A stretch of 41,776 nt of DNA. It comes from Bacteroidales bacterium UBA6346. GTDB taxonomy: Bacteria; Bacteroidota; Bacteroidia; Bacteroidales; UBA932. Positions 30,213-38,776 of this stretch are shown here, piece after piece. The stretch is taken from contig DJSA01000123.1 in assembly GCA_002438905.1 (NCBI GenBank), positions 1-41,776 on the forward strand, read 5' to 3'. A model generated the notes under the pieces. It had not been told where the DNA came from. It saw nothing but the letters and a program-made list of their open reading frames with translations, and ran no database searches. Position 1 is the first letter of the stretch, and every line of letters starts with the position of its first letter. The position numbers and the translations under genes were made by a program.

Positions 30213-32120
30213 ATGAAGTCAAGATTCAGAAATCTTTATCCGCTCTTTCTTGCAGCGCTCGCCGTGACGGCGGCCTGTTCGAAACAGGAGACGGTTCAGG
30301 ATGAACCCGAAACCGGCGGTGCTATTGTCATCAACGAGGGCATAGGCGAGGTCGTGAAGGGAGAACTCCTGATTCAGGTAAGGCCCGCTGCATCGACGAA
30401 GGCGGGCGGTGACATACAGGACGCAATGGCCGGAACCGACGAGATTGCGGAGGTTCTCGGCGCCACGGGACGCTTCCGCCTTGAGCGGCTATTCCCGGAA
30501 TGCGGCAAGTTTGAGGCTCGGACAAGGGCGGAGGGGCTTGACCGCTGGTATGTGGCAAGCTTCGACAAGTCGGTGGAGACGTCTGCCATGGTCCGTCAGC
30601 TCAGGCGCTGCGGTTCTGTCGAATGCATCGAATACCCGATGAAGATTACTATGGCCGAGGAGGACGGCTTTGCTCCGTTTTCCGCCGTTCCCGAGAAGAT
30701 TGCATCTGAAAAGGCTCAGGTGACGAGGAAGAATACTTTCCCGTTCAACGAGAGCTCAGACGTGCAGCAGAAGCAGTGGCACTACAACAATCCCGGCTCG
30801 GTCTTCGGACGGCAGAGCCTCACGGGTGCGGATGCCAATGTCTGGGCCGCATGGACCCTTGAGACCGGTAATCCGGACGTGATTGTGGCCGTGATTGACC
30901 AGGGCGTGAAGCCGGACCATGAGGACCTTGTCGCGAATATGTGGGTGAACGGGGGCGAGATCCCGGGCAACGGGATAGACGATGACGGAAACGGCTATAT
31001 CGATGACGTCTATGGCTACAACTACAACAACGGCAACGGTACGATTACAACCTCCGCCTCCCTCTCGCACGGCACTCATGTCGCTGGGACGATCGCTGCT
31101 GTGAATAACAATGGCGTCGGCGTGAACGGCATTGCGGGCGGTTCCGGAAACGGGGACGGCGTGCGAATCATGACTCTCCAGTGTCTCGGCAGCAGCGACA
31201 GCGGAGACTCAGGAGCCGGACTTGCCGGCACGGTGCGGGCGATGAAGTATGCCGCCGACAACGGCGCGGTAATTTGTCAGAACAGTTGGGGCTATGACAC
31301 AAAGCTGAGCTGGAACAAGTGGACGAGAAGCTCATACGGCGCGCTGAGGCGTGCGATGGACTATTTCATCAAATATGCGGGCGTGGATGAGAACGGCAAC
31401 CAGACCGGTCCGATGAAGGGCGGAATCATCATCTTCGCTGCGGGCAACGAGGCTGTCAGCTATGACTCCTACCCGGCCGCTGACAAGAGCGTTGTGAGCG
31501 TGGCCGCATATTCCTACCTTGGTGACGCTGCGATATACACGAACTACGGAACATGGATTGACATCTCCGCTCCGGGCGGGGACACATACGTTGACAGCAG
31601 CAACGGCGGAATTTACAGCACCCTTGTCGGCGAGAACGGGGAGTCCTCCTATGGTTTCTCTCAGGGTACGTCCATGGCCTGCCCTCATGTGAGCGGCGCC
31701 TGCGCCCTTGCTATTTCCTACTACTACGGCAAGGACAAGCGCATGGGACTCACTCCAGACAGGCTTCGCGCCGCTCTGCTAAGTTCCGCACGCCCGTTCG
31801 GCTCGTCCCTCAGCAGCGCTTATGTCGGAAAGATGGGCGCGGGGATGCTCGATACATGGAACTTCTTGAGATACATGGACTTCCTCGGCGATGTTCCCGA
31901 CCTTTCAATTAAGCTGGGGGAGTCGGTCACGGTGGCTCTTGCTGAATATTTCCCGTCATTGCAGGTGGTTTCCTACTCCGTCTCCGACGAGTCCGTTGTT
32001 GGGGCGGCGCTTGACGGCGAAGCCCTCGTGCTCACGGGAAAGGCCGCAGGAACGGCCACTGTCACGCTTTCCGACGGGAACGCGCTTTACAAGGAATTTG
32101 AAATTACGGTAAGCAAATGA
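30213..32120 (+). CDS. S8 (subtilisin-like) serine protease lipoprotein
   Basis: TAAC-SKQE lipobox, prodomain (RLFP..KFEARTRAEGLDRWY), triad VAVIDQG / HGTHVAG / GTSMACP, oxyanion AAGN, GIDDDGNGYIDD loop, C-terminal Ig-like domain. Start set to ATG 30213. Confidence 0.93.
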   Translation: MKSRFRNLYPLFLAALAVTAACSKQETVQDEPETGGAIVINEGIGEVVKGELLIQVRPAASTKAGGDIQDAMAGTDEIAEVLGATGRFRLERLFPECGKFEARTRAEGLDRWYVASFDKSVETSAMVRQLRRCGSVECIEYPMKITMAEEDGFAPFSAVPEKIASEKAQVTRKNTFPFNESSDVQQKQWHYNNPGSVFGRQSLTGADANVWAAWTLETGNPDVIVAVIDQGVKPDHEDLVANMWVNGGEIPGNGIDDDGNGYIDDVYGYNYNNGNGTITTSASLSHGTHVAGTIAAVNNNGVGVNGIAGGSGNGDGVRIMTLQCLGSSDSGDSGAGLAGTVRAMKYAADNGAVICQNSWGYDTKLSWNKWTRSSYGALRRAMDYFIKYAGVDENGNQTGPMKGGIIIFAAGNEAVSYDSYPAADKSVVSVAAYSYLGDAAIYTNYGTWIDISAPGGDTYVDSSNGGIYSTLVGENGESSYGFSQGTSMACPHVSGACALAISYYYGKDKRMGLTPDRLRAALLSSARPFGSSLSSAYVGKMGAGMLDTWNFLRYMDFLGDVPDLSIKLGESVTVALAEYFPSLQVVSYSVSDESVVGAALDGEALVLTGKAAGTATVTLSDGNALYKEFEITVSK

Positions 32121-33979
32121 GAAAGCCGGTTATAGAAAGATTGTTTTTTGTGCTTGCTGCGGCATCTGCCGCGGCGGGCTGCGTGAAGGATGCCGTCGAA
32201 GCGGCGTCGGGTCCGCTCCCCGAGCCGGAGGTTGTGGTGAGCGACATCACCTGCACCTCCTTCAAAGTTTCGTGGAAATATGTTACGGATGCAGGGTCAT
32301 ACACCTACATTTTTAACGGTGGTGAGGAAATCGAGACGCTGGACAACAGCCTCGTCTTCGAAGAACTCTCTCCGAATCAGCACTATACTCTCGCAGTGCG
32401 TGCCAATGCCGGTTCTAACGGCAGCTACACCGCGTCCAAGTTTGTTAATCTACGTGTCACGACGGAGGACTACAGTTCTCTCTCTGCTCCGGAGCCGACT
32501 TTGGTCTCTGCCTATATGTCAAAGACCATCATCCAGTGGAACTCGGTCTATGGGGCTTCGGAGTATGAGTATTCCGTCGGCCCGTTCAGCGGAAAGACGG
32601 AAACCTGCTCCGTTGAAATAGGCGGATTGGATGGTTCTACGGAATATGTCTTTGAGATAAAGGCGCTTTCGGATGACGAATATGTCACGGAGTCGCCTGC
32701 CGCACAGCTGAAATTCACGACGAGACCGGAGTCTGAAGACATCCCTCAGATTATTATGGCTCATGTCGAGACGGGGTCGGACTATTGCCAGTTCAATGTC
32801 TATGCGGTGGCGGACACACGCTATCTTTATTTCGGAGTGCCGGCCTCATATTTTGAGAAATATACGGACACTCAGATTCGTGATACTTATCTCAAGGGAT
32901 TCATTGCGGCGCTTGAGGAGGCGGGATACAGCATTTCTTCCGGCATTCAGCAGTATTCCGTTAATGGCACAGCAAGTTTTACAGAGACACCACTCTATTC
33001 GGAAATGAGCTATTATATTGTGGCCTTCGGTCTGAACACTGACGGTCAGGCAACTACTCCGCTCTACAAGTTCGAGACAAAGACCTTGGCTTATGACGTA
33101 GCTCCGATTCCTGATGTCAAGGGCGAACCGTGGTTCGACCAGACGCTCTATCACTATGTCAACGGAACATATAATGCGTCAAACAGCATGTGGGTTCATT
33201 GGATTGGACAGGATGTGGATGAGGTTATATACTTGATGACTTCCACTCGCTCATACAAGCTGTATTTTAACTCCTCTCCAGAACTTTTCAGAAAATATGT
33301 CAAGCTCAACGGGGCAAATCTTGATGATAAGAAAGACATTGAAAGTATAAATTCTGAGAAAGGTTTCTCTACGAGATTCAATTTGCTTAAATATCCGGCG
33401 ACTTCTTTCACGCTCGGAACTATAGCCATAAATTCTGCGAATGACACGACCTTCGTTGTGAACTCGCTTCCAACGAATGCTTCCGACGAATACCAGAATT
33501 GGCTCGGAGTCTCCCTCGGCACGGCGGATTCTGACCCATTGTCCCTCACCGGTGTGTTCCAGTTCGCCTATGATGACGAGTCCGGTGATATGAACCTTCA
33601 GATAACAGGTGTCAGATACTGCTTCTGCAAACTTTCCGAACTGAGCGGAATCTCCACTGACAAGGCCGCAGAAATCGTCGCCTCCCGTGGGACTGACCTT
33701 CCGCAGTCGAATATTGATATCATGAACATCACGGGCAAGTTCTCCCTGTCCTTCGGGACTGAGGGCGCGGCGCTTGAGCCTGATACTGACTACATCCTGC
33801 TCGCGACTTTCACCGAGCGCAGCGGGGACACGGCAACCCGATTTGCTACGGCGACCACCGGAACGGCATCTTCGGAAGTTTCGACAAGAGCTGCCTACGG
33901 TGCTCCTAAGGCTCGCGTCGAGTTCAACGCTCCGGTGCTGATTGACACATATTCTCCGGTTGTCGGAGACGAATTTTAA
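32117..33979 (+). CDS. Fibronectin type III repeat lipoprotein
   Basis: AAGC-VKD lipobox; Fn3 signatures (SFKVSW...ELSPNQHYTLAVRA; IIQWNSV...GLDGSTEYVFEIKA; LEPDTDYILLA); ATGA overlap with protease stop. Confidence 0.8.
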   Translation: MRKPVIERLFFVLAAASAAAGCVKDAVEAASGPLPEPEVVVSDITCTSFKVSWKYVTDAGSYTYIFNGGEEIETLDNSLVFEELSPNQHYTLAVRANAGSNGSYTASKFVNLRVTTEDYSSLSAPEPTLVSAYMSKTIIQWNSVYGASEYEYSVGPFSGKTETCSVEIGGLDGSTEYVFEIKALSDDEYVTESPAAQLKFTTRPESEDIPQIIMAHVETGSDYCQFNVYAVADTRYLYFGVPASYFEKYTDTQIRDTYLKGFIAALEEAGYSISSGIQQYSVNGTASFTETPLYSEMSYYIVAFGLNTDGQATTPLYKFETKTLAYDVAPIPDVKGEPWFDQTLYHYVNGTYNASNSMWVHWIGQDVDEVIYLMTSTRSYKLYFNSSPELFRKYVKLNGANLDDKKDIESINSEKGFSTRFNLLKYPATSFTLGTIAINSANDTTFVVNSLPTNASDEYQNWLGVSLGTADSDPLSLTGVFQFAYDDESGDMNLQITGVRYCFCKLSELSGISTDKAAEIVASRGTDLPQSNIDIMNITGKFSLSFGTEGAALEPDTDYILLATFTERSGDTATRFATATTGTASSEVSTRAAYGAPKARVEFNAPVLIDTYSPVVGDEF

Positions 33980-33990
33980 GGAGGGAGAGA

Positions 33991-36900
33991 ATGTTTATGA
34001 AGATTAAATCATTATATATTACTGTTTTGTGCTTCCTTTTGGCATCCGTCTCCGCGTTTGCACAGCAGACGATTACCGTCACCGGGCGGGTCGTTGACAA
34101 GGACGGCGCACCGGTTATCAGTGCGGGCGTATTCGTCAAGGGCACGACCAACGGTACGGTCACGGACTTTGAAGGAAACTATGTGCTGAATCAGGTTCCC
34201 GTCGATGCCGTGCTCACCGCCACCAACCTCGGCTACGCGGAGAGCGAGCGCCCAGTCGATGGCAAGAGCGTCGTGGACTTTGTCCTTCAGGACGAGTCCG
34301 TTGTGCTCGACGACGTGATAGTCGTGGCCTACGGAACCGCCAAGAAGGAATCGTTCACAGGTTCGGCGAGCGTCGTCAAGGGTGAAGAACTGGGCAAGCG
34401 TCCGGTTGGCAACCTCACCAAGTCCTTCGAGGGAACTGTTGCTGGAGTGCAGGTCACTTCCGGCGGCGGACAGCCCGGTGAGGGCGCGTCAATCATGGTG
34501 CGTGGCGTGGGTTCTGTCAATGCCTCCTCGTCGCCTCTTTATGTCGTCGATGGCGTTCCTTACGATGGCGCGATAAGCTCCATAAACCCAGCCGACATCG
34601 AGACGATGACCGTGCTCAAGGATGCCTCCGCTGGTGCGCTCTACGGCGCGAGGGGAGCGAACGGAGTCATCGTCATCACGACCAAGAAGGGCAGCGCCGA
34701 CAGGGTGAACATCAACTACAAGGGCAATTTCGGCATCGCTTCCCGTGCGCTTCCGCGCTACGACCTCGTCGGAATGTCGGACTATGTTGAACTGACCTAC
34801 GAGGCTCTGTTCAACTCCGTGCGTTATGCGGAGAAGAACGCCATGGACGATGAAGGTGCTGCGGCGTATGCGGCCTCACATCTCGGCGAATCCATCGGCG
34901 GGCTCAAGAATCCGGAGTACTACAATCCTTATAAGAACTATACCTGGGACACGCTCATCGACCAGACGACCGGAAAGATAAAGTCCGATGCGAAGGCGGC
35001 ATGGGACGAGAACTGGATGGACGAAATCAGCAACAACAAGGCGTTCCGTACAGAGCACATCCTTTCGGTGAGCGGCGGAACGGAGAAGACGAGCTATCTC
35101 TATTCAATGGGCTACTACAAGGAGAACGGTACCCTTCAGAACACTGATTTCGACCGTTTCACTGGCAGAATAAGCGGTGACGTGCAGGCGACTGACTGGT
35201 TCAAGATAGGAATGAGCGCGAACCTCGCACATTCGGTATCCAACTTCCAGAATGCCAGCGGTTCCGAGGTCTCCAACGTGTGGTATACCGCCCAGTTCAT
35301 GGCTCCGGTCTATCCTGTCTATCTCAAGGACATGGACGGAAACAATGTGCTTGATGAGAACGGAAATCTCCAGTACGAGTATGGTACGGTCGATGACAAC
35401 GGCTATGCCAACCGTATAACCGCGCAGGGATTCAACTCCAAGGCGGAGCTCTACAACAACAAGGCATACTACAAGCGTAACTCCGTGTCGGCAAGGTCTT
35501 TTGCAAAGTTCGGGACCACGCACAAGGATTCTCCGCTCTACGGACTTGACTTCACGGTGAATTTCGGTGCGGATTTCACCGACTACGGAGCGACCGGCGT
35601 GAGTGACAAGTATCACGGAAACGCGGCGAGCCAGGGCGGAACGGTAGCCAAGACCAACACAAGGACGCTGAGCTACACCCTGAACGAACTTGTCACTTGG
35701 CAGAGGGATTTTGGCGATCATTCCATAAACCTTCTTGCCGGTCATGAGTACTACCGCTACAACTACAACTATGCAGGAGCTTCCAAGAGCGGAATCGTCG
35801 CCGGCATCGACGAGCTCGGAGCGGCGGTGACGACTATGGGCAATACCTCATATTCACACAATTACGCGATAGAGTCGGTTCTTGCGAGAGCAAACTACGG
35901 CTACGCGGACAAATACTATTTTGACGCATCCTGGCGTACCGATGGTTCTTCGCGCTTCTACAAAGATAATCGTTGGGGCAATTTCTGGTCTGTGGGCGCG
36001 TCATGGCGAATCACCAACGAGGATTTCATGGCGGGAACCTCATCCTGGCTCAACAACCTCACCGCAAAGATTTCCTACGGCGTGCAGGGCAACGACAACC
36101 TCGGCTCCTACTACGCATGGCAGGGACTGTTCGACTACGGCTGGTCCAACGGCACCCGTCCCGGCGCTGCGGCGACCTCGCTTGAGAACCGTCTCGTGAC
36201 TTGGGAGAAGAACGGCAATCTGAACACCGGCATCGAGGCGACCCTGTTCGGCGGAAGGCTCACCACGACCATAGAGTACTACAACCGTTACACGCGGGAT
36301 ATGCTCCTGAACAATCCGCTCGCGATTTCATCCGGATTCACGGGATTCGACGACAATGTCGGCGCAATGATGAATCAGGGCTTTGAGGCTTCGTTCAGAG
36401 GGGTCATATTTGAACAGGAGAATTTCCATTGGGACGCGACGGCGATGGTCTCGCTCAACAGGAACAAGGTGAAGGCAATCACCTCTTCGCAGGATGTGAT
36501 AAACTACGGAAGCATGGTGATTGAGGTGGGTAAGCCGATATATACCTTCTATATGTCAAAGTCGGCCGGCGTGTCTCCGGAAACCGGAAAACAGCTCTAC
36601 TACGCCTACTATCGCTATGCCGTGGATGAGAGCGGTGCGATGATTACCGAGCGCTGTCCTGAATATGTCACTGACAACGTGGGGCTTGCTTCACTTAGCA
36701 AGTACTATTATGGTAGCCGTCAGGCTCTCTTCTCAGGAAGTTTCGCATCGAACTTCGTCATATTCAAGAATTTCGACCTCTCCTTCCTCACGACCTATTC
36801 CGTCGGAGGCAAGATTCTCGACGGGCTTTACAACGGCGCGATGAACGTTACTTACGCCGGAAACAACTGGCACAAGAACAAGCTGCGTCGCTGGAGGAAG

Positions 36901-37200
36901 AGCGGAGACATAACAGATGTTCCTATGGTCGAGATAGGTGGAAGCTATGCCTCTGTGGGCGAGTCGCTGATTGACGCATCGTATTTCGCGATAAAGAACA
37001 TAACTCTCGGATATACGATTCCGTCAAAAGTCATGTCAAAGGCAAAAATCAAATCGTTCCGGGTGTTCTTTACAGCTGACAACATTGCGCTGTTCAGTCA
37101 CCTAGACGGAATGGATCCGCAGTACAACTTTGCCGGTACGGTTTCGTATTCATATTCGCCGTCAAGGGTGCTCGCCCTCGGACTTGACATAAACTTTTAG
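33991..37200 (+). CDS. susC: SusC/RagA family TonB-dependent transporter
   Basis: Signal peptide AFA-Q, N-terminal VKGTTNGTVTDFEGNY domain, VVAYGTAKK, PLYVVDG, VLKDASAGALYGARGANGVIVITTK, C-terminal Phe. Confidence 0.96.
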   Translation: MFMKIKSLYITVLCFLLASVSAFAQQTITVTGRVVDKDGAPVISAGVFVKGTTNGTVTDFEGNYVLNQVPVDAVLTATNLGYAESERPVDGKSVVDFVLQDESVVLDDVIVVAYGTAKKESFTGSASVVKGEELGKRPVGNLTKSFEGTVAGVQVTSGGGQPGEGASIMVRGVGSVNASSSPLYVVDGVPYDGAISSINPADIETMTVLKDASAGALYGARGANGVIVITTKKGSADRVNINYKGNFGIASRALPRYDLVGMSDYVELTYEALFNSVRYAEKNAMDDEGAAAYAASHLGESIGGLKNPEYYNPYKNYTWDTLIDQTTGKIKSDAKAAWDENWMDEISNNKAFRTEHILSVSGGTEKTSYLYSMGYYKENGTLQNTDFDRFTGRISGDVQATDWFKIGMSANLAHSVSNFQNASGSEVSNVWYTAQFMAPVYPVYLKDMDGNNVLDENGNLQYEYGTVDDNGYANRITAQGFNSKAELYNNKAYYKRNSVSARSFAKFGTTHKDSPLYGLDFTVNFGADFTDYGATGVSDKYHGNAASQGGTVAKTNTRTLSYTLNELVTWQRDFGDHSINLLAGHEYYRYNYNYAGASKSGIVAGIDELGAAVTTMGNTSYSHNYAIESVLARANYGYADKYYFDASWRTDGSSRFYKDNRWGNFWSVGASWRITNEDFMAGTSSWLNNLTAKISYGVQGNDNLGSYYAWQGLFDYGWSNGTRPGAAATSLENRLVTWEKNGNLNTGIEATLFGGRLTTTIEYYNRYTRDMLLNNPLAISSGFTGFDDNVGAMMNQGFEASFRGVIFEQENFHWDATAMVSLNRNKVKAITSSQDVINYGSMVIEVGKPIYTFYMSKSAGVSPETGKQLYYAYYRYAVDESGAMITERCPEYVTDNVGLASLSKYYYGSRQALFSGSFASNFVIFKNFDLSFLTTYSVGGKILDGLYNGAMNVTYAGNNWHKNKLRRWRKSGDITDVPMVEIGGSYASVGESLIDASYFAIKNITLGYTIPSKVMSKAKIKSFRVFFTADNIALFSHLDGMDPQYNFAGTVSYSYSPSRVLALGLDINF

Positions 37201-37206
37201 GAGACG

Positions 37207-38754
37207 ATGAAGATGAAGAATAAGTTAATGATAATGCTGTCCGTCGCCCTGTGTGCCGTGTCATGCGACCTTGATTTCGCCCCGACCGATTCCGGATCGG
37301 GCGACGAGCTCATCAAGGACGCCTCAAGCGCGGTTTCCATAATCGACGGGGTCTATCGCATGATGTGGACGGCCGGATGGTCAACGGGGGACAACACGCA
37401 CCAGTGCTTCGGTATATCTGCCTATAACCTCGCGCTTGAGTGTATGGGAGATGATTTCATCATGCAGAGCCAGGGAAGCGGATGGTTCTGGTATGACCAC
37501 TGTTATAATGTCAAGTCGTTCTACACCTCGGACTCTTTCCGTTCATACGATGTGTGGTACGCCAACTACACGTGGATTTCTAACGTGAACACAGTGCTTT
37601 CCGCGAAGGACTACATGGCTGGTTCGTCTGTTGACAGGGACTATGTGCTAGGCAGTGCCTACGCAATCAGGGGTCTGTCCTATTTCAACCTTGCCAATTG
37701 GTTCGCGCGCCCTCCGTATAGTGCCCTGCAGGACAAGTACCGCTGGCAGGACCCCGGCATTCCGATTTACACCGAGCCTACAGACAAGAACTTCGTCGGG
37801 AATAAGCGGGAGAAACTCGATGTGGTGTTCAAGCAGATAAACGATGATCTCGACTCCGCGATTGTCTTCCTCGGCAGGGGTGCGAAGTCGACTCTGGCCG
37901 GCAACAAGTCCCACATAAAGCTCAATGTGGCGCGTGCCCTCAAGGTTCGTGTCGCACTTGCGACGGGCGATTGGCAGACGGCACTGGACAACGCAGAGGA
38001 CATAATCGAGTCCAAGGAGTTCAAAATCGGCGGCGAGTCTGAACTGTTTGGGGGAATGAACGACATTTCTGCGTCCAATGTCATGTGGGGCGCCGGAATC
38101 GAGAGCACGGAGCAGTCCGGAGCCTATGCGGGATTCTTCACGCATATGGACAACGAGGAAGGTGCGTATGCGCAGATGGCACCGAAGCTCATAAGCAAGT
38201 CCCTCTACAACAAGATGAAGGACGGTGACATCCGTCGCGCGTGGTGGAAACCGGAAGACAAGGAATCCCCCTATATCTCGGACAAGTTCCATTTCTCAAA
38301 TGTTTCCGCATGGCTCGGAGACTACATCTACATGAGGGTTGAGGAAATGTACTTCGATGCCGCAGAGGCCGCGCTCAGGCTCGGTGACGAGGACAAGGCG
38401 GTCGGGTATCTGAATGACGTGATGTCCGTCCGCTGCCCGGGGTATGATGCTTCGTACAAGAGCGGCACGCTACTCGGCTCGACGACGAACTCATGGACGG
38501 AGTCTCTTCTTGAGGAAATCCTTATTCAGAAGAGAATCGAACTCTGGGGCGAGTTAGGCCGTGTTGTAGATGTCCGCCGTCTGGGACAGGGCATCGACAG
38601 GACTGCGGAGGACGGGTTCGCCGACGAGTGCCTGACGACGATGAGCGGCGTGAATCTCAAGAATCCTGAAACTTACGACTGGGTGCTCACCATCCCGCAG
38701 GACGAAATCAACAACAATCCGAATATCAACGAGGAGGATCAGAATCCTTTGTAA
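37207..38754 (+). CDS. susD: SusD/RagB family lipoprotein
   Basis: AVSC-D lipobox; AYAIRGLSYFNL, YMRVEEMYFDAAEA, KRIELWGE, LTIPQDEI..NP..QNP; follows susC (alternative start 37213). Confidence 0.94.
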   Translation: MKMKNKLMIMLSVALCAVSCDLDFAPTDSGSGDELIKDASSAVSIIDGVYRMMWTAGWSTGDNTHQCFGISAYNLALECMGDDFIMQSQGSGWFWYDHCYNVKSFYTSDSFRSYDVWYANYTWISNVNTVLSAKDYMAGSSVDRDYVLGSAYAIRGLSYFNLANWFARPPYSALQDKYRWQDPGIPIYTEPTDKNFVGNKREKLDVVFKQINDDLDSAIVFLGRGAKSTLAGNKSHIKLNVARALKVRVALATGDWQTALDNAEDIIESKEFKIGGESELFGGMNDISASNVMWGAGIESTEQSGAYAGFFTHMDNEEGAYAQMAPKLISKSLYNKMKDGDIRRAWWKPEDKESPYISDKFHFSNVSAWLGDYIYMRVEEMYFDAAEAALRLGDEDKAVGYLNDVMSVRCPGYDASYKSGTLLGSTTNSWTESLLEEILIQKRIELWGELGRVVDVRRLGQGIDRTAEDGFADECLTTMSGVNLKNPETYDWVLTIPQDEINNNPNINEEDQNPL

Positions 38755-38776
38755 CATAAATTAGGAGTATATTCCG

